DNA from: Torpedo marmorata
Lineage: Eukaryota
Reading direction: 5' to 3'
NCBI GenBank assembly: GCA_977017645.1
Contig: OZ360236.1
Coordinates: forward strand, 33,356,001 to 33,420,000
Length of the DNA: 64,000 bases
Shown here piece by piece: positions 1 through 11,830 of the stretch (position 1 is its first letter; each line of letters opens with the position of its first letter). The notes below the pieces were generated by a model. The model was given only the letters and a program-made list of their open reading frames with translations, was not told the origin of the DNA and did no database searches. The translations under genes and the position numbers were made by a program.

Positions 1-119
1 CTTCCAGCTTTTGCCAATCCGATGAACCACTTTTTGGCCCTAATTACTTGGTCTCTCTTTTAATACAAGATTCTACTTCCTTCACTTGTTCCTGATTGCC
101 CTGTTCTTTAGGCATTACT

Positions 120-370
120 GTACTTTGCAGTGTGTTATTGAAGGCTTTTTGGATATCCACAAATGTTAGGTCTTTCATGTTACTCACATCTGTCCTTTCA
201 ATTCCTCATAGAATCTACTGAATTTGGTCAATTATCACTGTCCCTTTTTGGAATCCATGCTCTTTATCACATTTCAGGTTCCTGAATATTTATCTGATGC
301 ATTTTATAGTGAGGATTTTATTATCTTTCCGATCATCAACTTTCATCAAAATGTTCTCTAGTTCCGTGGA
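120..370 (-). mobile_element. Ancient CR1-like RT fragment
   Basis: Reverse complement resembles the CR1 HGF...FYE...DFQKAF region; heavily decayed. Confidence 0.45.
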
Positions 371-3300
371 CTTATTCTATATTTTTTATGTATAAGAATT
401 CGTTCAACAGAATAGTTTTTTTCTTCTTTATTTATATCTATTTTATTGTGCTCTAACATTTCACTTTCAATACCATGTGGACATCTGAAGTATAGAAACA
501 TCTTCAAGTATACTGGCCATGATTACTTCATCAACTGGAACCATTTTCAACTTATTTTCTTCATTTATTCATTGCAGTTTGTTGCATTTTGTGTCCAAAG
601 TAGGTATTGTATTCATACAATAAAAAAAATAGCATTTATAACTGATAAGAGTTGAACAAAATTTCAGAGACCAAGTGCAACATCTTATCCTAAATTGTAC
701 TATTATTGGAATCAGCCAAGAACAAATTCCAACCCCAGTAGTATGGGTTATTATGGAAAACAATATAATACAAGGTGGTCTTCTGAGCCGAGGATTACTG
801 TTGGACCAGAACTGTTGGACCGAGCTCTGCTCTTTCTGACCAGGAAGATGCAATGGGTAGCTTGAAAATCAACCTAAGTTAACTGGAGACTTGTTGGAAA
901 TGGTAGCTTAGTGATTATGTTACTAGATGAGTATCCAATGATCTGGAGTTTTGATCTGAAGGCATGACTTCTTACTGGAATATCTTTTCAGTCTAAGAGC
1001 CATTATGTCTTATAAGGTGAGCATGTTTGTGCTGCTCAGTGGAACCCTTTGCATCGAGCTACCTATTGTCAACATGAAGTACTTGCATATCAATCACTTT
1101 TATCTACGTGAAATTCCTTATAATCTTGCACACCAGCACACCTTAGAAGCAGCCTCAGGAAGGACCCCCACTCTCCGTATGAAGCTTTCTCCCCTCACCC
1201 ATGCTAATCCTCACAGATGCTCTGAGACTAATAATTTGTGCCAAATTAGGAGTAGTTTTATGCTCAATGGAAATTGAACTCAGATTCCTGCATTCATTTC
1301 ACATAGTATCTTCACAGCCAGAAAGCCGAGGAGAATTACATCCTATTTTGGATTTGAAGACACATCCCAAAGACAAAAGAATAGTGTTTAACTCAGTGAA
1401 CTTGGTTCAACTTGCTTCTTAATTCCAAAGAATTTTTGTTGGAGTTCTCCGGTTCCTCTTTTTGTTACTAAAAAGTGTTTTTGTTTGGAGGAAAATAAAA
1501 AGTTGTCGTCTAAAATTTAACAGCTACCATAAAACAAAATTATGCAGGTTTATACAATTCTCTCCAGATTATTGACATGCATTTTCTCTTCATGTTTTGA
1601 TAGCTCCAGCCATTCAATAAAGCTCTCCTAAAATTCAAATGGCTGTACTTGTACTGTGCTCTGCAGTATAATTGTATTTGCCATCTCAAATTAAATATTG
1701 TTTACCGTGACCTTGGTGATTTGAAAACTATTAGCAATTTATTTCAGTGTATTAAAATTACAGCTGACTGCTCAGCATTGAGCTTGGTTAAAATAATAGT
1801 ATGGTTTGTATTGGTTGTTTATGGTTGAGTACACACAAATATATTCAATATGTTACTCTATGTTTACAATCAGAAATAAGTTTCTGTCTGATAACTGAAA
1901 GGCCTTTTTTCTCTATCCAGATGAAGACTATTTTAAAAAAACATAAAATTTCAGCATTTCAGTTAACTTTAGAGAGGAATGGCATGTATTTTACTGTTTG
2001 TACAGAAAATATGTTTTCATTATATTATATTTTAGAATAGCATTTATGCTACTCTAAAATAGATTTTAAATGCTGTGTAAATCAACGTACAGTCACCTTT
2101 TATGATTGCTAAGCATTTGTTTGCTGTGCAGCTGAAATGTGACCAGTGTTTCAAAAATTGTTATTCAATGTTAATGTTATTCAATGTTAATATTATTTCT
2201 TGGGCAATGTACATTGTTATTAGAATTTGTTCGTGGAGCTTAATTTATTCACATTTGCTCGTGGATGCGTTGATTTTTATGAAATGTGTTAAAGCCACTG
2301 CTGGTGCTGTAGCTGTTCTATTTCCTTTTTACGAGACTGTTCAAATAGGCCTTTGTGAAGAGTAAATAAATTACGCACTGCTTTGTTGGCTTTTTTGCAG
2401 CAGCAGGCACTGTTCCAAGCAGCTGCTTTATTATAGATGCAGACCCAGCTGAACACAAAACAGGCAGCAGGCCGCACACTTCAAGGTCAAAGGTTTACAA
2501 ACTGATGGCCTCATGCATCACTGAAAAGTTTTGTTAGTTGTACACCTACAAGTCTTCTCCATGAGTTTTGGTTGTCAACAGCTCAGACTGAACAGCTGAA
2601 ATTCTTTAAGGGGGAAGTAAAGACAAAGAAAGAATAATCATGACCAAAAATTATTTGTATTTGTTCACATTTTCCAAAACCTGTGTTTTCACTTGTAATA
2701 AATACTGCTGGTGTAAGCAAAGGACTTTCATGTGGAATGTGATACAAGTACAACAAAACATTCAGAGCACTATGGTATACAGTTTAAGTCTGAATATGTC
2801 ATTTTTCTAACATAAGTATTTATTTTGGAAATAAACACAAGCTTGAAAAGTTCTGCACCTTTAATATTTATTCTCTTTTCTAACAATAGAATTCAATGTG
2901 CAAAATAATTTTGTACAGAGATTTTCTACTGTTTAGAATTTCTTGACAGTGTGAGGGAAAACAACCAACCTGTACGTGTGAACTGCTGCTTTAAATTATT
3001 GCAAAACATAAACTTTTTCAGTAAAAGAATGGGACTGAGAAACTAATGTAGATATTACCATGAGCAATAATAGTGTGCAAAAAATTAATATCTAATCCTT
3101 ATCTTTGCTGTTATAATGGACCAATAACCCATTTAAAATAAGCAGATTAAACTGTCTCTTGAATTAGCAGAGAATGAAATTTGATATGAGCATGTTAAGC
3201 GTTGCAGAATAATATCACCCATAAGGGGTAATCTTATGTCTGAGCTCCTTGCAGGCAGCTCATCTGAAGGCAGCAAAGGCTCATGAAGCTACCCCTACAG

Positions 3301-4872
3301 TCTCAAACAAAATGATGAAGCAAATCCTCAGTTGATAAAAAGCAATTAATAGTGAATAGATTTTTCACAAAGTCATTGGCTCTGGTGGAAACTGCAGCAG
3401 AACTATTTTTATCACTTTTCTCACTTTTAATGCAATAAATGAGAAAAAGCAGGGCTCAGCAGTTAATCTCTGCACATTTTCAGATCAAAGATAACCAGAC
3501 TCAGCTTGACTAGTTTTCATTTATTCATGGAGGTCTCCATATTAATGTTCTCAGATACCAACATATCAGTGGGGATAAAACTATATGATACATGCCTTGC
3601 TTCCAATGTAGATAATAAACAAGTGGTGAAATGAACAAACTTAGCATGATGCATCGGGAAAAAAATCCATGAATTGAATTGTAAACAATACGGACAGCTG
3701 GTGCTGTCCTAACTTTGTTCCAGATGGGGTTATTTGTTTTGTAGCAAAGTTTTTGAAACTTCTTTGTGTAAGTTAAGACTTCATTGTGCAGGCTAAATGA
3801 AGGCTACCCCAGGCAAAATTTGCTGCAACAGGTGTGGTAAGCTACTTACACAAGCACTGGAGTGGTTGGTGATTATAGAAGTCACCTGCGGAACAGGGTG
3901 AGCAGGAAAAAATAAGGGCATTTAAGAAACTGCTATCAGTGATTTTAAGTAAATCAAAGCGTAACTAAATATTTTATGAACTATTGACCTAACTAAAACT
4001 TTTTTGAGTTTCCTGCAATCTCAGAAAAAATGTATGCATTAATAAAAGTTTACACTTTAAATTGCACAAAGGTTATAAAAGTACTGTGTAGGGTGTCAGA
4101 ATCCAAAAGGCTAACTCATTCATCTGAAATTTCTCTTTCCACCATTTTAGGATTTATTAATTTTGCACACATTTTAAATGGATTACACACCCACTAAAAT
4201 ATTGAAAAGAGGAATTTCACATGAATGTATTAATTACATGATTACAAGTACCACACACAAGTAACTTTGGATTCAAGAATGAAACAACATACAAGAATGA
4301 AACAACATACAACGAAGTATAGTTTCACAGAACTGCTTTAATTCATATAACATGTAAGCCTTATTTGAACACATGTTTATGCCTTTATAGTTCCAACATC
4401 ATTACCACAAAATATGATACTATAATTAAATCAATCAGTAAATGTGACATTTATTTTGCGCAATGCTGGTTTTAGAATTCAAAACAAATAGTAATTACTG
4501 CCAGAGAGAATAAAAAACACATCAGGAAGCATTTCAAAATTTAGGTTTATTTTGAAAACACAATTTTATGAATGGGGTATGCATTCAAACATTTGTTCAT
4601 GGAAGCCTCCAAACGTGGGTTTAAAATATGCTCAATGATGCTTTTGCAAAACTTTTTTTTGCTTCTGTTAAGGTAATTCGGAGAAAAATTGAACGCAAAC
4701 ATTACCCCACTAAATCACTGAGGAAAAAAATTCCATCCTTTATTTTAAAACACTTTGCATGAATGAAATGCAGAAAGGAACAGCTCTGGTTAGGGTTTAG
4801 CTCCAATTATTTATTAACAATTGCTGTTAATTCTGTCAGCACAGGAATTGTAGGTTCTCAGGTACTGACACA

Positions 4873-5110
4873 GAAGACCATAAGAAATAGGAGCAGGAGT
4901 AGGCCATCCGGCCTGTCAAGTCTACTGTACCATTCAATGAGATCATGGCTGATCTGATGATAAGCTTATCTCCACCTACCTGCCTTTTCCCCATATCCCT
5001 TAATTCCCTTACTATGTAAAAATATATCCAACCTTGTCTTAAATATATTTACTGAGGTCACCTCCACTGCTTCAATGGGCAGCGAATTCCACAGATTCAC
5101 CACCCTCTGG
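4873..5110 (-). mobile_element. CR1 LINE 3' end
   Basis: Reverse complement of a typical CR1 3' end (ccagagggtggtgaatctgtggaattc...gcctactcctgctcctatttcttatg). Confidence 0.8.
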
Positions 5111-5399
5111 AGATGAACCCTCATCAGTAGATGAGGCCTGGGGTGTATCAGCCACGATCACATTGAATGCTAAGGCAAGATTGAGGGGCCAAGTGGTCGA
5201 CTTGAACTCTGGTTTATTCGTGCTCTAATGTCTCATTGAAACTGAGATACAAGAAATTGAGTTGTGGGGAAATACATGATGATTGGAATGAAAGTCATCA
5301 GTTTCATTCATTGTTATTGCTATCAAAAAAGTAACACCATCAAACTTCCCAAATTATGATAAGAGATAGGGGTGATATCACAGCCATCTGCTGCAGCAT

Positions 5400-5930
5400 T
5401 GTAATGAGAGTCTCTGTCCGCAACAATCAAACTTAATACAAGAAGTGGATAATACTGGTACCACATAAGTGCCAAACATTGATGATCTCCATGCTAACCT
5501 CCATTGGTTGATCAGTGGTTCATCATTGCTAAATTGAATTGCTTCTATATCCTGGGGATTACCATTGATCAGAATATCAACTGGACCAGCCTTAAAAATA
5601 GTATGGCTGCACAAGCTTGCAGTGAGAACCTCATCCTTTGAGTGCCCAAAACCCTTCCAATGTCTATTTGATACAAGTCAAGAGTGTGTGCTGTTTACTC
5701 AAGTTATAAAAGAGAATAGCTATAAGGGTTACCATGTACAAAATGTACTACACTAATTTGCTAATAGATCCTCCAAACCTAGAATACCTATCACCCAGAA
5801 GGTCAAGGGCAGTAGATCCCCTCCAGGTCACACACCATTGTAACTTGGAAATAAATCACCATCCCTTCACTGTTGCTGAATCAAAGCCGCAGAATTCCCC
5901 AGCAAACAGCACTGTGAGAGTGCTTTCTCG
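5400..5930 (+). mobile_element. Old LINE 3' fragment that is the target of the Gypsy insertion (continues ~12689-12790)
   Basis: Similar to 14000-14420 (ggtcacacacc...cttggaaata...ccttcactgttgctg...acagcactgtg). Confidence 0.55.
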
Positions 5931-5934
5931 ATAA

Positions 5935-6800
5935 CGTTATGGACCATGACTGACCATTTGGACTGCGGATGGTCAGCAGGAAGGATGAAGTCTTTTGGAG
6001 TACAAACTGGGACCAGGTACTGAAAGAGTTAACTTGCCCAGGACTTGCTGTACTCAGAGAGAGAGAGACACCAGAGAGAGAGAGACAGGCTGTGGAAAGA
6101 TACTTTGTTGTACTTTTGCAAAAGCAGGTGCAAACCTCTGCAAAAAGCATTCAGATTCAGTTTGGAGTTGCAAAGGCTGGAGAACACAGCAAAATCCAGG
6201 CTTGTGCATCCCAGGGGAAAAGGCTGGGAGAATAGCACATGGCCTCCTGTATCAGCAAAATCCTGATTTAAATTAACTTTCGTGGAGAACAGGCGTGAGA
6301 TCAGCGAGTCTGGCTGTGAGATCCAAGTTTACGCCTCAATCCAAAACTGATTTGGGAATCGCAATCCTCGTGTATCTACCAAAAGGGAAAGTCATCAGAG
6401 AAGAAAAGCAGGCCAAGCATTCGTAAGCTTAAACAGTCATTGTCTCTCTCTCCAACATTCATTAAGAAGTCCTTCGTGCAAGCACACGGAGCTGAATTTG
6501 GACCCTGAACATAGAGAGTGAATTTTTGTGGACTTTATTTTTGGGGTGACTTATTTTTATGACTGACCTGGGGTTTTGGGGAAGGTTTTTCCATTTTTAC
6601 ATGAGGGTTTGGCACAGACTGTAATGGTCTGGGCTTTACACACACACTCACACTCTTTAGATAAGAATAGTGTTTATAGACGTTTAAAGTGGGGTTAATT
6701 GTTAAGAAATGATATGTTTAATTTTCTTTAATAAATATAAATTTCAATTTTACCCCTTTTGCATTGTGTCTTCTGTCGTTGCTGGTTTGAATTTGTAACA
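5935..6800 (+). repeat. 5' LTR
   Basis: Direct repeat of 11831-12684; starts CGTTAT (TG mutated to CG), ends GTAACA; AATAAA near 6730. Confidence 0.95.
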
Positions 6801-6803
6801 AAT

Positions 6804-6827
6804 TGGGGGCTCGTCCCAGGATTTGAA
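6804..6827 (+). promoter_or_regulatory. Primer binding site complementary to tRNA-Pro 3' end
   Basis: TGGGGGCTCGTCCCAGGATTTGAA versus tRNA-Pro complement TGGGGGCTCGTCCGGGATTTGAA, 3 nt after the LTR end. Confidence 0.9.
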
Positions 6828-6931
6828 TCAAGATCCATCTTGGTAATTGAAGGAATCCCAGTCTGATTTAAGACATTCCTTTTGTAAAGCTAATTAAAAG
6901 CTAGTGTGTGTAACAAAAAAAACCAGCAACA

Positions 6932-8734
6932 ATGGATGTAGAAAATCTTTTGGAATCAACTGAACCTGATACTTTAAAAAAGGCTAAAAAGGAACAGTTA
7001 GTGGCTATAGCAACAGAGTTGGGCATTGCTTCTGTAAAGCCATCAATGAAAAAGGCAGAGATTGGGAGAAAAATTGCCAAATACTATATAAAAGGAAAAA
7101 TGTTTGAGGAGAGCATGTGAGAGCAGTTTCCCAAGGGTAAACTTTCTGAAAACATACAGTTGGAACAAAAGAGATTAGACAGGGAATTGGAATTAAAGAA
7201 ATTGGAATTGGAACAAAAGAAATTAGACAGGGAATTGGAACAAAAGAGATTAGACTTCGAGGTAGCCAGGGAACAAAAGAAACTAGACAGGGAATTTGAA
7301 CAAAAAAGATTAGACTTGGAGGCAGCCAGAGTACAAAAGAGATTAGACTTAGAGAGAGAGGAGAACATTAGGCAATATGAGCTGGAAAAGATTAAGTTGG
7401 AAAATAAGAGGAGACAAGAAGAGCATCAAGATCAAATTCGTCATCCTGTTGAGAAGTTTTTGGCCAGTAGAGAAGTTAGGTTGGTTCCTCCATTTGAGGA
7501 GGTGGAAATAGATAAGTATTTCCAACATTTTGAGAAGGTGGCTGTGAAATTAAAATGGTCTCTTATGTTACAAAGTGTAATAAAAGGAAAAGCTCAGCAA
7601 GCTTATTCTACTCTTACCATGGAGCAAGCTGCTGATTATGAAACGGTGAAAAAGGCTATACTCCAGGCTTATGAGTTAGTTCCAGAGGCTCATAGACAGA
7701 AGTTTAGAAATTTAAAAAGATCAGCAACCCAATCTTACACAGAGTTTGCCAATGAAAAGGTTTTGTGTTTTGACCGGTGGTGCACATCTAAGGCGGTAAA
7801 CAATGATTACAATCAATTGAGAGAATTGATACTAATTGAGGAGATAAAAAGGTGTGTTCCTGAGGATATTAAGGCATACTTAGATGAAAAGGAGGTGAAA
7901 ACTTGGCAAAATTCAGCTAAGTTAGCAAATAAATATGCTTTAACCCACAAGCCTAAGTGGACGTCAGGCAGAATTTTCCAAAAGGTCACTGTGGATAATC
8001 CCAAGCAAGTGGAAAGTAAATTTGGAAGTGGTGTTAAGGAAAGAGAAGAAGGAAAGTGGAAAAGAGAAAACCCTTCGGGTCCCATTTGCCACTACTGTAA
8101 GAAGGCTGGTCATATGCTAGCAAGCTGTCCAGTGTTGAAAAAGAAGAGAGAAAAGGATGCAACACCTAATGCTTGTATTCAGAGTGAGAAGAGGCATAAC
8201 ACCCAGGAAGGAGAAAAATTTGCTGACAAAGTTAGGGATGTATTTAAACCTTTTGTGACTGATGGTTTTGTTTCAGTTAAGGCAGGAGCAAAGCAAGTTC
8301 CAGTGAAAATCTTGCGAGATACTGGAGCTGCTCAGTCACTTGTGTTAGATAGTATCTTGGAATTTTGTGAAGCCACTGACACCGGTGAAATGAATTTTAT
8401 TAAAGGAATTGGGGGTGATGTTGAGTCCATTCCTTTGCACAAAATAGTGTTGAACTCAGCCTTGGTGGAAGGACCTGTTGTAATAGGAGTGAGATCAGAG
8501 TTGCTAGGAGAAGTAGTCTCACTGTTGCTAGGCAATGACTTAGCTGAGGGTAAAGTAGTTCCTGCAGTGCAAATGACCACTAAGCCAGTCATTGATAAGT
8601 CAGAGAAGGACTCTGATATTTATCCGGCATGTGCCATAACTAGGGCCATGTCTAAGAAAAATGTCACAGTAGAGAAGGCAGTGGAAAATAAATTGGTGAA
8701 AGAAAAAGTCGGTGATAATCAAAAACACCTGTAA
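6932..8734 (+). pseudogene. gag: gag-protease (coiled-coil repeats, SCAN-like capsid CTD, CCHC knuckle, aspartic protease); in-frame stop at 7118-7120
   Basis: ORFs 6932..7120 and 7160..8734 share a frame. Motifs: LVPEAHRQKFRNLKR...LRELILIEE, CHYCKKAGHMLASC, LRDTGAAQSL. Confidence 0.88.
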
Positions 8735-8968
8735 AAGGTTGAGAAATCTCCTGTGTTACACCCATCCACTGATAAGACACCTAAAGGCACAGATTTGTCA
8801 CTATCCCGACAGGAGCTAATAGCAAGGCAAAAGGACGATCCTGATCTTGCTGAGGTGAGGGATAAGGTTCTCTGAAGAGGAGATTAAGAAGGTGCCAGTA
8901 GGTTATTTTGAAAAAAGATGAGAAAGTGGAGACCATGTGATGTTCCTGCCAGTGAAGAATAGGCAGTA

Positions 8969-10858
8969 GTGATCCCTGAAGTATATAGGGACAAAATAAT
9001 AACTTTGTCTCATAGCACACCCTTAGGTGGTCACCTTGGGGTGAAGAAAACTATACTGAAGATCATGAAACAATTTTATTGGCCCAGTTTGAGAAGGGAG
9101 GTTGTAAGCTTTTGCTGGGTCTGTCACACTTGTCAGGTGGTGGGTAAAGCTAATCAGGGTCCCCCGGTGGCACTCTTACAACCTATTCCTACTTTCAATG
9201 AGCCTTTCTCGAGAGTGATTGTGGACTGTGTTGGCCCATTGTCCAAAACCAAAGCGGGGAATGAGTATTTGTTAACAATTATGTGTGCAGCCACCAGATT
9301 TCCAGAGGCAATTCCGCTGAGAAACATTAAAGCAAAAGCAATTGTAAAGGCTATGGTAAAGGTTTTCACCTTGGTAGGTTTGCCAAGGGAAATTCAACCA
9401 GATCAGGGTAGTAATTTCATGTCAGGCGTATTCCAACAAGTGGTTGATAGACTGGGAGTTAAACAGATTGTATCTTCTGCGTACCATCCAGAAAGTCAAG
9501 GGGCCTTGGAGAGGTTCCAGTCGACTTTGAAAAACATGATTAGAACCTATTGTTGTGATGAGGAAAAGGATTGGGATGAGGGGGTTCATTTGTTGTTATT
9601 TGCAGCGAGGGAGTCTGTCCAAGAATCACTTGGTTTTAGTCCATTCGAGTTAGTTTTTGGACATGAGGTGAGAGGTCCTTTAAGGTTATTAAAAGAACAG
9701 TGGATTAATAGTGATGTGGACAGTGAAGAGGGATATAAAAGCTTGCAGGGGGATATAGGACAGTTAGAAGAGTGGGCGGAAACATGGCAGATGGAGTTTA
9801 ATACTGATAAATGTGAGGTGCTACATTTTGGTAGGATTAATCAGCAAAGGTCATACGTGTTAAATGGAAGACAATTGAGAAGTGCAGTAGAACAGAGTGA
9901 TTTCGGAATTCTGGTACATAATTCCCTGAAAGTTGAGTCACACGTAGATAGGGTGGTGAAGAAAGCATTTGTTATGTTGGCCTTCATAAATCAGAGTATT
10001 GAATATAGGAGATGGGATGTCATGTTGAAGTTGAATAAGGCATTGGTGAGGCCAAATTTGGAATATTGTACGCAGTTTTGGTCGCCGAATTATAGGAAGG
10101 ATATAAGCAGAATAGAGAGAGTGCAGAGGAGATTTACAAGAATGTTGCCTGGGTTTCTGGGTTTGAGTTACAGGGAAAGGTTGAACAGATGGGACTTTAT
10201 TCCCTGGTGTGTAGAAGGTTGAGGGGTGATTTGATAGAGGTATTTAAAATTATGAAGGGGACAGATAGAGTCAATGTGGACAGGCTTTTTCCATTGAGAG
10301 TGGGGAAGATTCAAACAAGAGGGCATGGATTGAGAGAAGGGGGAAAAGTTTAGAGGAAACATGAGGGGGGATTTCTTCACTCAGAGGGTGGTGGGAGGGT
10401 GGAGCGAGTTTCCGGCCAAAGTGGTAGATGCAGGTTCAATTTTAATGTTTAAGGAAAAGTTGGATAGGTATATGGATGAGAGAGGTGTGGAGGGTTATGG
10501 GCCGGGTGCGGGTCAGTGGGACTAGGTGGGAGAATGTGTTCGGCATGGACTAGAAGGTCCGAACTGGCCTGTTTCTGTGCTGTAAGTGTTATATGGTTAT
10601 ATGCATTTAAATCTGTTAGATTATGTTTCCAAATTTAAGGATCAGTTGCATAGGGCTTGTGAGATGGCAAAGGAGACTTTAAAGGCCACTCAACAGAGAA
10701 TGAAGGTTTGGTATGATCGAAAGGCCAAGATGAGAACTTTTAAAGCTGCTGAGAACATATTAGTTCTGTTTCCCATCCATTCAAATCCTCTTAGGGCTAG
10801 ATTTTCAGGACCCTATAGAGTTAAGGCAAAAATTAATGAGGTCACCTATGTCATATAA
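8969..10858 (+). pseudogene. Integrase (HHCC, DDE core, GPY), split by CR1 insertion
   Basis: SHSTPLGGHLG..CWVCHTC; VDCVGP, DQGSNF, GALERF; resumes after 10600 with HLNLLDYV...FSGPYRV. Confidence 0.9.
9716..10603 (+). mobile_element. 5'-truncated CR1 LINE inserted in the Gypsy integrase
   Basis: Encodes CR1 RT C-terminus (WQMEFNTDKCEVLHFG, LVRPNLEYCTQFWSP, ERVQRRFTRM), then 3'UTR and tail GTTATATGGTTATATG. Confidence 0.92.
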
Positions 10859-11010
10859 ATACCTAATCGCAGACGAGACACACAGGTCTGTCATGTGAAA
10901 ATGATTAAGCCATATTTTGAACAGGTGCCACACAAAGAGACTGAACATTTACCAGAGGTGCTGGTTATTGACTGGGGTAAGGAGGAGACAGATAAAACCA
11001 GTTTCAGAGA

Positions 11011-11697
11011 GGGTCATGGGACTGTTAATTCTCTGCGTTATGTAGTAGGACAGGGGCAGTTGACGCCAGTAGAGGAAAAGGTTGTGACTATTTCCGAGTT
11101 CCCTGTTCCAACTGGTAAGAAAACACTGAGGAGGTTCCTGGGAATGATTGGCTACTACCGCAAGTTCTATAAATACTTTGCAGATCTTGCGCTCCCTCTC
11201 ACAAATATGCTTAGACAGGGAGAAAAATGTGTATGGTCGACAGGTTGTCAGGAAGCATTTGTCAAATTGAAAGCCATTTTATGCCACCAACCTGTGCTTA
11301 AGTCACCTGATTTAGAAAAGCTGTTTTCTTTAGCCATGGATGCCAGTGATGAAGCTGTGGGCGCGGTGCTGATATAGAGGAAGAACGAAGAGGACATTGA
11401 CCATCCAGTATCCTATTTCTCAAAGAAGTTCAATGATCATCAAAGGAATTATTCAACCATAGAAAAATAGTTGTTAGCTCTTGTGTAGGCTCTACAACAC
11501 TTTGATGTGTATATCTGTCCAGCTCAAAAACCACTCATAGTGTATACTGACCATAATCCATTGGTTTTTCTTTGTAAAATGTAAAATAAGAATCGATGGT
11601 TGTTGAATTGGAGTCTAATTTTACAAGAATATGATTTAATAATAACACATATAAAAGGGAAAGATAATGTAATTGCTGATTGTCTTTCTAGATGCTA
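11011..11697 (+). pseudogene. RT thumb/connection plus RNase H remnant (RT catalytic core missing)
   Basis: LRRFLGMIGYYRKF, DASDEAVGAVL, PVSYFSKKF, YTDHNPL, HIKGKDNVIADCLSRC*; several stops; no YxDD. Confidence 0.88.
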
Positions 11698-11830
11698 AAC
11701 TTTATAAATGAAAATAGTTCATATTTTGTGTTTGTGGATGAACATTGTGGGTTTTGTGTATATTGTGACACCTCAATTAATTTCCAAAATTTTGTTCTTG
11801 CAGACCAAAATTTTCTTTGTGGGTGGGAGG

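Noticed and set aside
4274-4312. 18-bp tandem duplication CAAGAATGAAACAACATA x2
   Set aside because: Ordinary slippage duplication with no spacer; not CRISPR-like
5881-6276. Cluster of overlapping ORFs, repeated at 11688-12509
   Set aside because: They lie in the two LTRs, frames are broken differently by AG-microsatellite indels, and they have no protein motifs
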